A stretch of DNA of 64,000 nucleotides. It comes from Squalus acanthias. Its lineage: Eukaryota. A program made the position numbers and the translations under genes. Positions within the stretch are counted from its first letter, which is position 1; the number at the start of each line of letters is the position of its first letter. Under the pieces are notes generated by a model. That model had not been told where the DNA came from. It worked only from the letters and a program-made list of their open reading frames with translations, and did no database searches. The stretch spans positions 7,938,001 to 8,002,000 of the forward strand of contig CM059433.1 in the NCBI GenBank assembly GCA_030390025.1, in the 5' to 3' direction. Of the stretch, positions 50,737-63,663 are shown piece by piece.

Positions 50737-51215
50737 GTTGTTAATTCCAGAGATGAGGGGGTTGACTTATGAGGAAAGGTTGAGTAGGCTGGGCCTATAC
50801 TCATTGGAATTTAGAAGAATGAGAGGTGATCTTATTGAAACATATAAGATACTGAGGGGGCTCGACAAGGTAGATGCAGAAAGGATGTTTCCCCTCGTGG
50901 GGAAATCTAGAACTCGGGGGCACAGTTTTAGAATAAAGGATCGCCCTTTTAGAACTGAGATGAGGAGGAATTTCTTCTCTCAGAGGGTTGTAAATCTGTG
51001 GAATTCTCTGCCCCAGAGAGCTGTGGAGGTTGGGTCATTAAATACATTTAAGGTGGAGATAGACAGATTTTTGCAAGTTAAGGGAGTGAAGGGTTATGGG
51101 GAGCGGGCGGGGAAGTGGCTTTGAGCCCAAGATCAGCCATGATCTTATTGAATGGCGGAGCAGGTTCGAGGGGCCAAGTGGCCTAATCCTGCTCCTATTT
51201 CTTATGTTCTTATGT
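50737..51215 (+). mobile_element. CR1 3' fragment
   Basis: ORF 50738-51124; (ttatgttc)n tail. Confidence 0.88.
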
Positions 51216-51795
51216 TTGCAGTGTTTCACTGATAGCCTGATGGGATTCTGGTGGTTCTAGACCTCCTTGGGCCGTACACTACAAGCCCTGAATGTGAATC
51301 ACACTGCAGTGGCTGACTGGTGCTGACTGATTTCAGCCACTTCCTGATGCGCCAGATGATTCTGCGAGGTGGGGGGGGCGGGGGGGCATCAAGCCCATAA
51401 ATTGAATGTTTCTTCTTCTTGAATCCTTGCGATAGGGCTCACAAAACCAATCCTATAAAACTACGTAGAATTACATGGAATTTCCAACACAGAAACAGGC
51501 CAATCGGCCCATATGGTCCGTGCCGGTGTTTCTGCTGCACACGAGCCTCCTCCCACCCTACTTCATCTAACCCCGTCAGCATACCCTTCCATTCCCTTTC
51601 TCCCTCATGCACTTATCGAGCTTCCCCTTAAATGCATCTCTGCTGTTTGCCTCACCCACACTCCCTGTGGTAGCGAGTTCCACATTCTCACCACTCTCTG
51701 GGTGAAGACGTTTCTCCTGCATTTCTTATTGGATTTATTAGTGACCGTCTTATAGTTATGACCGATATTTTTGGATTACCTCACAAGTGGAAACA

Positions 51796-52414
51796 GCAGC
51801 TCCGATACTTACGGGGAGGCGGGGAGGGTGCGAGGGCGGCCGAAAATGGCCGATTTGTTTCCTGCTCCAGCAACCGGCCAAATTGACAGCCTGGCCGGCG
51901 GCTGGGGGCGGGGGGGGGGGGAGTACCAGCGGCAGGAGGCCGCAGCCTTGGGGACGGTTCCCGGCAAACAGGAGGGGGGAGAGATCGGCCATCGTGGATG
52001 GAGGAAGAGAGGACATTGCGATGGGGGGAGGGGTTGGCGATTGCGGCGGGGGAGAGAGAGAGAGGCCGTGATCGTCAAGGGGGAGGCCGAGGGCTTCCTT
52101 GAGGGGCTGAGGGGGGAATGCCTGCTCCTTCTGGTCCACAGGTAGTGCTGAAAAAGACACTTACCTTGTGAAGCCGGCAGCTCCCACCTCCCTTTCGCTG
52201 CCAGGTTTCCCGAACCCTGGGAAATTATAAATATGTTAATTAAATGTCCCACCTCTCCACACTCGGACGCCCCGATATCCACCACCATAAAACAGACAGT
52301 GGGCATGTGCACGGCATGTTGGAGACGTGTTCCCCGAATTTAAGACTTTAACCCTCTCACCGTCCCTCTCCCGCCCAACGTGAGGGGGTGGGTAGGGGGT
52401 TAATATTGATGCCA
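51796..52414. mobile_element. GC-rich non-autonomous insertion inside a minus-strand CR1 fragment (~51465-52637)
   Basis: CR1 flanks rejoin (ggaaaca|tcactacatctaccc); aca duplicated; weak terminal inverted similarity. Confidence 0.55.
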
Positions 52415-52777
52415 ACATCACTACATCTACCCTATCGAACCCCTTCATAATCTTGAAGACCTCTATCAGGTCACCCATTCAGCCTTCTCTTTTCTAGAGA
52501 AAAGAGCCTCAGCCTGTTCAATCTTTCCTGATCGGTCTAACCTCTCAGTTCTGGTATCACACTTGTGAATCTTTTTTGCACCTTCTCCAGGGCCTCTACA
52601 CCCTTTTTGTAATATGTTGATCAGAACTGTTCACAGCACAGACGACCCTCAGTCTATAACAGACTGAAAACAGCAAAATTATTAGTAAACCTGCTGGAAC
52701 TGTTAACCCCAAACACTTTGAGTAGCCCAAATTTAACCCCTGCATAGCGTGCCAGTAGCAATTTCCAGGCTTATGTT

Positions 52778-53062
52778 CAACAACATCAACAACTTGTATT
52801 TATATAGCGCCTTTAACGTAGTAAAACGCCCCAAGGCGCTGACACAGGTGTGTTACAAGACAAAAAATTTGACACCGAGCCACATCAGGATAAATTAGGG
52901 CAGGTGACCAAAACTTGGTCAAAAGAGGTCGGTTTTAAGGAGCATCTTAAAGGAGGAAAGAGAGGCAGAGAGGTTTAGGCAGGGAATTCCAGAGCTTTGG
53001 GCCCAGGCAGCAGAAGGCACGGCCGCCAAAGGTTGAGCGATTATAATCGGGGATGCTCAAGA
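52778..53062 (-). mobile_element. L2 3' fragment
   Basis: Matches 529-820. Confidence 0.85.
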
Positions 53063-53343
53063 TGAATCATTGTACTGAGAGATGTGAGCGGCATTGTTTC
53101 ATTTTTGTGGAGGGAGAAACCCAATAAACGGTTTTGGAGACTTATATTTTTTAAAATTTCATTTGTTTTCTTCCCTCTCCTGAAGCCGGTGGCTCATGCT
53201 ACAGCTGGAGGCATCCTTCCACTACATCATTCGAGTAGCCGTTCTTCATGGATGAGCCTTGACTTGGTGTGACTTGTCTGTGAGGGCATCACAACTGAGC
53301 TTGGTGCTGTGCTCACATAACATCCTCACACATGTTTGGGGTG

Positions 53344-53880
53344 GGGGGTAATTTGGACTTTGTGCGATAGTGCACAACGGGCGATAGCGAGTCGGCAGCC
53401 CCCCTTTTACATCTCTCCCCATTATTATTTCTATTGACCTCAACGGAAATAAAAATTGGGAGAGGTGTAAAGCAGGCTGCTGATTCGCTATCACATAGAA
53501 ACATAGGAGCAGGAGTCGGCCATTCGGCCCTTCGAGCCTGCTCCGCCATTCAATATGATCATGGCTGATCCTCTATCTCAACACCATATTCCCGCTCTCT
53601 CCCCATAACCCTTGATGCCTTTTGTGTCTAGAAATCTATCTATCTCCTTCTTAAATATATTCAGTGGCTTGGCCTCCACAGCCTTCTGTGGTAGAGAATT
53701 CCACAGGTTCACCACCCTCTGAGTGAAGAAATTTCTCCTCATCTCAGTCCTAAATGTCCTACCCCGTATCCTGAGACTGTGACCCCTCGTTCTAGACCCC
53801 CCCAGCCAGTGGAAACATCCTCCCTGCATCCAGTCTGTCTAGACCGTTGTACACTGTCGCACAAAGCCTGAATGACCTCC
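53344..53880. mobile_element. Hairpin MITE split by a minus-strand CR1 3' end (53494-53843)
   Basis: Arm ctttgtgcgatagtgcacaacgggcgatagcga pairs with tcgctatcac|ccgttgtacactgtcgcacaaag. Confidence 0.7.
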
Positions 53881-53981
53881 CACGCTTTCTAGCAAGTGTC
53901 ACAGGCTTTGGTTAATTCGTATCTTCCCACACCCAACAGTAGTGCCCACTATGACTCTGACTGAAATCAACTAACACAGCG

Positions 53982-54198
53982 CGACGTAAGAAAACTACGA
54001 GGCACTTGGTCTAAGCGTTAAACAAAGCTTTAATCAACTATTTTACAACATGGAGGTCTAGTTGTCTCCTTCACTAGTTCCTGTTGAAGAATGTCCTGCG
54101 CAAGCTGGGCCCGTGCCCGAGTATTTATACTCTCCCTGGACAGCGCCACCCGCAGGCCACTCAGTATTATTTCTTTCATGAATGACAGATTCATGTCA
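53982..54198 (-). mobile_element. Solo LTR, second copy
   Basis: Reverse complement of 48826-49052; TSD degenerate (cagcg / cagtt). Confidence 0.7.
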
Positions 54199-55072
54199 CA
54201 GTTCACAACGGGAATCAAAACTGAGAGCTGATGATCTGTTCGGCTCAGTGCTGTATCACATTACGCCGTGTGTTTATTCACTGAGCCATTGGAATCACCC
54301 ACACTTATATTTTGGCAAAACTGCGGCAGTTCACGATGGGAATGATAGGGTAGGTTTTTGTAAAGTTTTGCGCGCTGGGAACATACATCAGGAACAGGGG
54401 TGCACACGGTCCGAACATCCTTCTGTCCACTAGTTTTATAGTTGAAAATTGACCTTAATGGTTTCAGGAAGAATGTTGTCATGAGGGGCCCATAATTTGA
54501 GTGGCGATCATTCAGATATTTTAGTGGCAATCCTGGCCCTGAGCGTGCTGGGAATGTGATGGGTGATTTGGGACTGGAAATGTCACGCACCAGCAGCTAC
54601 ACAAGGGCTGCTGGCTTCCCTTCAACGCACCGCTGTATTTCGAAAAAAAACAACTTTGGGTTGTAAAGACCTCTGAAAAAAATTGGCCGTTGGAAGCTCA
54701 GCAAACGAAGGAACATAAACACTGGGTGGCCCTATTATTGTAAGGAAAGGGGCACCCTGGCAGAAGAAGTACAATTTTTACATGTGAGTCCCCCTTTCAA
54801 TGCCCGTGTTACCTGAATTGCTTAAAACCCTGTTGCAGTGTGGGGAGGACCCCTAATTTAGACACAGTTCCTGGCCAGAGTCAGCCTTGCAAACAATCCG
54901 TGTGCAGATTCCCGGCGTGCTCGGTACTTTCCACCCACGCTGTAGAGCTCCGAGTGCCTCAGATGCAGAGTCGGCCTCAGAGAGCTGGACCCAGCAACAC
55001 TGGGCATTAACAGCCCCGCTGTGTTGGTTTAAACGGAGGGGAAATCCTTTCAGGCTGCAGAAAGATAACATA

Positions 55073-55546
55073 AAGAAAGAAAGACTTGCATTTCCATAGC
55101 GCCTTTCACGACCACCAGACGTCTCAAAGCTCTTTACAGCCAACGAAGTACTTTTTGGAGTGTAGTCACTGTCGTAAGGTGGGAAACGTGACAGCCAATC
55201 TGCGCACAGCAAGCTCCCACAAACAGCAATGTGATAATGACCAGATAATCTGTTTTTGTTATGTTGGTTGAGGGATAAATATTGACCAGGACACTGGGGA
55301 TAACTCCCCTGCTCTTCCTCGAAATAGTGGCCGTGGGATCTTTTATGTCCACCTGAGAGAGCAAACGGGGCCTCAGTTTAACGTCTCATCCGAAAGACGG
55401 CACCTCCGACAGTGCAGCACTCCCTCAGCACTGCACTGGGAGTGTCAGCCTAGCTTTATGTGCTCAAGTCCCCAGGGTGGGTCTGTGAACCCACAATCTT
55501 TGGACTCTAGAGGCGAGTGTGCTACCCACTGAGCCACAGCTGACAC
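55073..55546 (-). mobile_element. Deu-domain SINE
   Basis: Match to 3823-4280. Confidence 0.85.
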
Positions 55547-56689
55547 AAGGGGAATAATTCATGAGAAGAAACCTTTGCGTGTTATAATGAAAGGCCATAG
55601 AGTCTCTAAGCAAAATTACAATCGATTTACTACCAAAGCAAAAGTCTTTCAGAGAGTTAAGTGTTCTTTGAAAATGATGTCAAGGTTGTGGCGCATAAAA
55701 TCACATTCATTAACGCAAGTTTGACATTCAGATCCTGAGTTTCAAATCAATTTTATCCGAAGATAAACAGCCCATTCAACCTAATAAAACGTGTGCCAAA
55801 TTTGTTTCTGACCATCACACACTTAAAAGGTATTTCTTCGCAAGAATATTTGGTCTGAAAAATGGAAAATTCATATATTCGGAGCTTACAGAATAAGGGT
55901 AGCCACAAGTACAGAGCAAGTGATTAAACCGGTCTTGTCAGCAGGAAGCTTCTCTCTCTTTTTTTTTCCCCCTCTGTGGCTTGTCCCAGCCTAAGCACAG
56001 CTCAGTAACCCAGCCCTCTAATCTCAGGCCTGTCACACGTTGGCTGCCTGCGATGGGGTGCTTACTGTGCGGGGGAAGAGAGTTACTGTGAGCAGTTACT
56101 TGCACACTCCTTCTTGTAGCACAGTGACTGCTGTTAATTATACAGGGCTATTGGGCCTTCCCCCTTTGCTGTCTCCAGGGGTCGCATTAATTCCGATCTG
56201 AGTGGATGTTTTCTTTTACAATTTCACTCACTTCCCCAGCCTGTTGCTTGACCAGCCTATTTCCCGTCCAGCCATTGTTTCCCGAGGAAGCACCATGATG
56301 AGTACACAGCAGAGGTTTTTTTTCCCCCACTGTGACACTAATGGGCTATTAACACTGTTGCAGCCATGCTGGAAGCATCCATTTTGTCTCAGCCTCCGAA
56401 TAAAATATCTGTTTCTGCCACATATGTTTTCAGTTTAGCCTGGCCCTGCACTCAACAGTGAATCTTCTCCCAACTCATAATTAGAGAGATCTCCCAAAGA
56501 GAGCTGTACCTGCCGTGGGGATATATGCACCGACCACAGGTATGGAGCAAACATTAAGAATGGTAGGAGGCATCATCGTCAACTTATCTTCTCCCAGCGT
56601 GGCGCATACACACGGACAGAAAGACACACACTCTTCTAAATGGCAAATCCCATAGTGATGCCGAGCTATTGAATATTCACTCTGAAAGC

Positions 56690-57138
56690 ACCACGTCTCG
56701 TCCACCCATCACCCTTGTGCTCGCTGACCTACATTGGCTCCCGGTCCGGCAATGCCTCGATTTTAAGCTGTCATACTTGTTTTCAAGTCCCTCCATGGCT
56801 TTGGCCCTCCCTATCTGTGTAACTTCCTCCAAACCTGCAACCTGCTGAGATCTCTGCGCTCCAATTTTGACAACTTGCGTGTCCCCGATTTTCATCGCGC
56901 CTCCATTGGTTGGACGAGCCTTCAGCTGCCTGGGCCCTAAGCTCTGGAATTCCCTCCCTAAACCTCTCTGCCTCTCTAACTCTCTCTCCTCCTTTAAGAT
57001 GCTCCTTAACAAAACCTACTTCGTTGACTGTCCCAATATCTCCTTCCGTGGCCCGGTGTGAAATTTTGTTTAGTAACGCGCCTGTGAAGCGCCTTGGGAC
57101 GTTTAAAGGCGCTACATAAATGCAAGTAGTTGTTGTTG
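56690..57138 (+). mobile_element. L2 3' fragment
   Basis: GRAFSCLGPKLWNSLP; (GTT)n tail. Confidence 0.82.
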
Positions 57139-57203
57139 AAGGCAATGACCTGTGGTAAATAACTGAAATGTCTTCATTTTGCCTTTTAAAAATACTTTTG
57201 TCA

Positions 57204-58568
57204 TTTTTTTTTTATTCGTTCATGGGATCTGGCGTCTGGTGGTGAGCTGCCTTCTTGAACCGCTGCAGTCCGTGTGGTGAAGGTGCTCCCACAGTGCTGT
57301 TAGGGAGGGAGTTCTAGGATTTTGACCCAGCGACGATGAAGGAATGGGGGTAAACTTCCAAGTCAGGACGGTGTGTGACTTGGAGGGGAACTTGGAGGTG
57401 GTGGTGTTCCCATGCGCCTGCTGCCCTTGTCCTTCTAGGTGGTAGAGGTCGCGGGTTTGGGAGGTGCTGCCGAAGAAGCCTTGGCGAGTTGCTGCAGTGC
57501 ATCTTGTAGATGGTGCACACTGCAGCCACGGTACTGTGGTGGTGGAGGGAGTGAATGTTTAAGGTGGTGGATGGGATGCCAATCAAGCAGGCTGCTTTGT
57601 CTTGGGTGGTGTCGAGCTTCTTGAATGTTGTTGGAGCTGCACTCATCCAGGCAAATGGAGAGTATTCCATCACACTCCTTACTTGTGCCTTGTAGATGGT
57701 GGAATGGCTTTGGGGAGCCAGGAGGTGAGACACTCGCCGCAGAATACCCAGCCTCTGACCTGCTCTTGTTGCCACAGTATTTATGTGGCTGGTCCAGTTA
57801 AGTTTCTGGTCAATGGTGACCCCCAGGATGTTGATGGTGGGGGATTCGGCGATGGTAATACCGTTGAATGTCAAGATGCGGTTGTTAGACTCTCGCTTGT
57901 TGGAGATAGTCATTGCCTGGCACTTGTGTGGCGCGAATGTTACCTGCCACTTATCAGCCCAAGCCTGAATGCCATTCAGGTCTTGTTGCATGCAGGCATG
58001 GACTGCTTCATTATCTGAGGAGTTGTGAATGGCACTGAGCACTGTGCAGTCATCAGCAAACATCCCCATTTCTGACCTTATGTTGGAAGGAAGGTCATTG
58101 ATGAAGCAGCTGAAGATGGTTGGGCCTAGAACACTGCCCTGAGGAACTCCTGCAGCAATGTCCTGGGGCTGTGATGATTGACCTCCAACCACCACAACCA
58201 TCTTTCATTGTGCTCGGTATGACTCCAGCCAGTGAAGAGCTTTCCCCCCAATTCCCATTGACTTCTGGTTTACTAGGGCTGCTTGATGCCACACTCGGTC
58301 AAATGCTGCCTTGATGTCTGGAATTCAGCTCCTTTGTCCATGTTTGGACCAAGGCTGTAATGAGGTCGGGAGCCGAGTGGTCCTGGCGGAACCCAAACTG
58401 GGCATCAGTGAGCAGGTTATTGGTGAGTAAGTGCTGCTTGATAGCACTGTCGACGACACCGTCCATCACTTTGATGATGATCGAGAGTAGACTGATGGGG
58501 CGGTAATTGGCCGGATTGGATTTGTCCTGCTTTTTGTGGGCAGGACATACCTGGGCAGTTTTCCACAT
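57204..58568 (-). mobile_element. Second-family LINE (RT to 3' end)
   Basis: ORF 57314-58201 GVPQGSVLGP/FADD; poly-T on plus strand. Confidence 0.88.
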
Positions 58569-58749
58569 TAATTGGGTTGGAATCAAGGAGATAAATTAAA
58601 AGCACCATTCTAATAATTTTTCTGAAGGCATGAAAAATTATGGAACAAGAAAAGACCACTTGTTCCATGGAATCCATTCCTTTCACAGACCTTGTACATT
58701 TTACCCTGCCATGCATGCTGCTCATCTCACAGGTAAACCTCCAAAAAGA

Positions 58750-59800
58750 CATTATGCTAAACCTTTATAAATCACGGGTTAAGCCTCAGCTGGAGTATTG
58801 CGTTCAATTGTGGGCACCGCACTTTAGGAAGGATGTCAATGCATTGGAGGGTGCAGAGAAGATTTACTATAATTTACTATAATAAGTTGATTCCTGAGAT
58901 GAGGGGGTTGACTTATGAGGAAAGGTTGAGCAGGTTGGGCCTATACTCATTGGAATTTAGAAGAATGAGAGGTTATCTTATTGAAACATATAAGATACTG
59001 AGGGGGCTCGACAGGGTAGATGCAGAGAGGATGTTTCCCCTCGTGGGGGAATCTAGAACTCGGGGGCATAGTTTCAGAATAAAGGGTCGCCCTTTTAGAA
59101 CTGAGATGAGGTGGAATTTCTTCTCTCAGAGGGTTGTAAATCTGTGGAATTCTCTGCCCCAGAGAGCCGTGGAGGCTGGGTCATTAAATACATTTAAGGT
59201 GGAGATAGACAGAGTTTTGCAAGATAAAGGAGTGAAGGGTTATGGGGAGCGGGCAGGGAAGTGGCTTTGAGCCCAAGATCAGCCATGATCTTATTGAATG
59301 GTGGAGCAGGCTCGAGGGGCCAAGTGGCCTATTCCTGCTCCTATTTCTTATGTTCTTATAATGGCACCAGGGATGAGGGACTTTAGTTGTGTGGAGAGAC
59401 TGGAGAAGCTGGGATTGTTCTCCTTAGAGCAGAGAAGGTTAAGGGGAGATTTGATAGGAGGTGCTCAAAATTTTGATTGAGTAAGTAAGGAGAAACTGTT
59501 TCCACTGGCAGGCGGTTCGGTAGCCAGAGGACACAGATTTAAGGTCCTTGGCAAAAGATAGAGGAGAGACGAGGTAGTTTTTTACTCAGCGAGTTGTGAT
59601 GATCTATGTGACCGGTTGTGAAAGCAGATTGAACAGCAACTTTCAACAGGGAATTGTTTATATACTTGAAAAGGAAAAAATTGAAGGGCTATGGAGAAAG
59701 AGCAGGGGTGTGAGACAAATTGGATCGCTCTTTCAAAGAGCCGGCACAGGCACGATGGGCCGAATGGCCTCCTTCTGTGCTGTATGTTTCTATCATTCTG
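58750..59800 (+). mobile_element. Older CR1 3' fragment with a younger nested CR1 (58886-59358)
   Basis: VKPQLEYCVQLW..VQRRFT | insert with its own tail | MAPGMRDFS..LEKLGLFSLE. Confidence 0.85.
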
Positions 59801-59928
59801 AGGTAAAGTTCTGTGAAATTATGCCACAACCCTGAAGGCCAATAAGCAAAACTCTAGAACATTGGTCCAACCTTACACCCCACACTTACAGTTCTGACCG
59901 GTCACCTTCCTGAAATCACATGTTCAAT

Positions 59929-61250
59929 ATCAGCCTTGGCTCAGTGGTAGCACTCTCACTTCTGAGTCAGAGGGTTGTAAATTCATGCCCCAATCCAGAG
60001 ATTTGAGCACGTAATCTAGGCCGGTACTTCAGTCCAGCACTGAGGAAGTGCTGCACTGTTGGAGGTGCCGTTAGATGTTAAACTGAGGTCCTATCTGCCT
60101 GATTAGGTAGACATAAAAGATCCTGTGGTACGATTTGAAGAAGAACAGGAGATATTATCCTCGGCATCATTGCTGTTTGTCGGGGCTTGCTGTATGCAAA
60201 TGGGGATGTTTGCTGATGACTGCACAGTGTTCAGCGCCATTCACAGCTCCTCAGATAATGAAGCAGTCCATGCCCGCATGCAACAAGACCTGGTTGACGT
60301 TCAGGCTTGGGCTGACAAGTGGCAGGTAACATTCGCGTCACAGAAGTGCCTGGCAATGACTATCTCCAACAAGCGAGAGTCTAACCACCTCCCCTTGACA
60401 TTCAACGGCATTACCATCACCGAATCCACCACCATCAACATCCTGGAGATCACCATTGACAAGAAACTTAACTGGACCAGCCACATAAATACTGTGGCAA
60501 CAAGAGCAGGTCAGAGGTTAGGTATTCTGCGGCTAGTGTCTCACCTCCTGACTCCCCAAAGCCTTTCCACCATCTACAAGGCACAAGTAAGGCGCGTGAT
60601 GGGATACTCTCCACTTGCCTGGATGAGTGCAGCTCCAGCAACACTCAAGAAACTCGACACCATCCAAGACAAAGCGGCCCGCTTGATTGGCACCCCATCC
60701 ACCACCTTAAACATTCACTCCCTCCACCACTGGCGTACCGTGGCTGCAGTGTGTACCATCTACAAGATGCACTGCAGCAACTCGCCAAGGCTTCTTCGGC
60801 AGCACCTCCCAAACCCGCGACCTCTACCACCTAGAAGGAGAAGGGCAGCAGGCGCATGGGAACATCACCACCTCCAAGTTCCCCTCCAAGTCACACACCA
60901 GCCAGATGTAGAAGTATATCGCCGATCCTTCATCGTCGCTGGGTCAAAATCCCGGAACTCCCTCCCTAACAGCACTGTGGGAGTACCTTCACCACATGGA
61001 CTGCAGCGGTTCAAGAAGGCGGCTCACCATCACCTTCTCGAGGGCAATTAGGGATGGGCAATAAATGCTGGCCTTGCCAGCGACGCCCACATCCCATAAA
61101 AATGAATAAAAAAAATAAATTAGCTGGCATGTTTCCTACATTACAACAGTGACTACACTTTAAAAGTGCTTCATTGGCTGTAAAGCGCCTTGGGACTTCC
61201 TGAGGTCATGAAAGGTGCTATCCAAATGCAAGTCTTTCTTTATTTCTTTC
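59929..61250 (+). mobile_element. Deu-domain SINE interrupted by a second-family LINE (60198-61114)
   Basis: SINE head and core 59929-60197, tail 61120-61250; LINE FADDC to poly-A in between. Confidence 0.82.
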
Positions 61251-61409
61251 TTATTCTTCAACCAGGATCACTATATGATCATTTATACCATTGCTGTTTG
61301 TGGAGCCTTGCTGTGCACAACTTGGCTGTCGCATTTGCTTACCTTACAACAGTGACTACACTTCATTAGCTGTGAAGTGCTTGGGAACGTCCTGATGAAG
61401 TGAAGAGTA

Positions 61410-61491
61410 CAGGAATCCCGCCCCAACCGCGGTTTTACTAACCACGGGGGTTTTCAGGGACGTATCCCCCGCGGTTGGGGAGGGATCCCTG
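61410..61491. mobile_element. 82-bp Tc1/mariner (pogo/Tigger-like) MITE
   Basis: caggaatcccgccccaaccgcgg / ccgcggttggggagggatccctg; TA TSD on both sides. Confidence 0.75.
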
Positions 61492-62226
61492 TACTATATA
61501 AAAGCAAGTTCCAGCTTTCAGAAACTACAGAGCATTTGATCATCTTTGTGGAATTATTATAACTTTCAAGCTATTCTTAAACAGATATATATCCAGTTAT
61601 TTAATAAATGATTTGATTTATGTCTGCTTTAGTTGGGAGTCTTTCAGCACATCTATTACTCTGTGGGGGGGCAGGGGGGCGGGGGGGCGGGGGGGCGTTG
61701 TTCTAGGGATAGAAAATTCCAAGGCGGTAGGAAAGTTGTGGTATGAGCTTTGCACCCACTCAAGTCGAGCGCGGCTGCATCATCCATGGTCAACCCTAAC
61801 TAGATGTGCATGGAATGCACTGCCCATTGGGACCTTGCACAGGTCTTGGACTTTCTGGTGGTGCTGCCCCAGAAAGGGGTTGTGTTTTCCATGGGGGGGT
61901 TCTCCCGATCACATGCCGTAACCTCAACAGAAGATCCACGGAAACCTGGAGAAAGTTCCGGGCACGGGCAATCGGTAGAAACCCCCCCCCCCACAGACAT
62001 TCACTCCCATAGACTGCAACAAATATGCCGAAGGCAGAAAGCAGAGGCTAGCACCATCCTGTGCTTGTTGTGTCTTTCCCTTGTTCTCACTCACAGGCAT
62101 ACACGCAAACTCCAGCAGGGATTGCTGGATAACGATGAGGATAAAGGAACCAGTGGCCAATTTCCCTCTCCCGAACTGAGGGGGCTGAATTATAGAACCC
62201 CGACCGCCGCTCAGGTGAGATCCATT

Positions 62227-62410
62227 GGGCTGGATTTTGAATGACCCATGGAGTCGGGTTTGGAGGCGTGTGGGGGGTTAAATTTGCGGGGTCGGAAACC
62301 CCGACCCCATCCCGACTCCATCCCGCCTCCACGCAATTTTGACATAATCAGTCGCGGGGTTCCCGATTCCGTCCCGCCTCCAAGAGGCGGGAGAGGCCAT
62401 TAAAACCCTT
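62227..62410. mobile_element. Harbinger-like element end fragment
   Basis: Starts gggctggattttg, as at 28596; GC-rich subterminal region. Confidence 0.4.
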
Positions 62411-62664
62411 AACAAGCTCTAAATTGGCTCTGTAATGCGATTTTGAAACGCTGTAGCTAGTTTAACCCTCTTCTGACGTGAAGCACGCCTGGTGTGAAAC
62501 ACTCCAGTGAAACCTGGCGGGAGCACAAGTGGATAGCTGACTTTCGGCTGCAAGTGCACTATTACAACGGAGATGTGATGAAGGTGGTAGTGGTGCTAGT
62601 ATTAGGCCTGAACATTGCCTCTGATGCTGCTGCATTGAATGTCTTAAGAGACTGCCTGGGAGGA

Positions 62665-62695
<31 letters not shown>

Positions 62696-63455
62696 TCTCT
62701 CGTCCACTCACATCATAAGCCAGGCAACCCCTCTCTCACCAACAGTCTCTGAGACTAGGCAGACTCGGTGCAGACCAGAGACTAAACGTGGCAGCTCCCT
62801 GATCTGTACAGCTCAGCTACTCTCTGCTTTAACTAGCTGAGCCATTGAGGGAGCTGTTGGCATACAACTTTAAGCGCTTCTTTATATTTGCTCCTCATCG
62901 GAACAGCGATCAAATGGTTGTGCACATTGCCATTGGCAAGTCCTTCAGAGGTGATCTAAGCAGAATTGTTTTCAAGGCAGATCGATGTGTGAAGAACAAC
63001 CTCTTCTCTGAATTACATTTTTCAATAAGGTCACCTAACCATTTTTCACTTCAGCAGCGAGGTCTCATTGTTATTAGGTTAAATTGAATATTAGTCTCCA
63101 GTGTTTGGCAGAGATTTATGAAGAGATTGATATGGATTTGCACAGCTCTCAGGCTGATTAAATTAAAGATGCCAGGGGACTTGTGTGAGCCGCATACTTT
63201 GAACTAAATGAAAGCATTGCATCAGAGTGTATTCTACATTAGCTTGTATTAAAGAAAGTATATGAGAAATAGATAGCTTCAGCTAACTGTAGATAAATAC
63301 CTAGACAGATAAACAAATAGATAGTTATATAAATACATAGATAGAGAGATAGATAGATAGACAATGTGAGCATGTCTGTTAGTTTAATGTAATCCGCAGC
63401 TCTTAAAATGGATGACAGTGTAAGGTTTATATTGCAGATGATTTGGATTAGTAAG

Positions 63456-63663
63456 GAATAAAAACAGAAAATGCTGGAAATGCTCAGCAGGTCAGGCAGC
63501 ATCTGTAGAGAGAGAGAAACAGAGTTAACGTTTCAGGTCGATGACCCTTCGTCAGAACGTTAACTCGGTTTCTCTCTCTCTCTACAGATGCTGCCTGACC
63601 TGCTGAGTGTTTCCAGCATTTTCTGTTTTTATATCAGACTTCCAGCATCCGCAGTATTTTGCT
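63456..63663. mobile_element. Penelope-type palindromic element (family 2)
   Basis: ~75-bp inverted arms plus a 3' extension; TSD tttggattagt (63442-63452, 63664-63674). Confidence 0.85.
63524..63558 (-). ncRNA. Minimal type I hammerhead ribozyme motif
   Basis: GUU-CUGACGA-A-GGGUC(AUC)GACCU-GAAA-CG-UU-AAC. Confidence 0.7.

Noticed and set aside
53186..53272. Plus-strand acceptor-like polypyrimidine tract with short frames
   Set aside because: No recognisable product or partner exons
48826..54198. One large transposon with 220-bp terminal inverted repeats
   Set aside because: The left copy has its own 5-bp TSD on both sides, so it is a separate insertion
61392..61410. Other CTGATGA words (also ~8381, 24545, 28916, 45998) as hammerheads
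   Set aside because: No helix II followed by GAAA and no closing helix I
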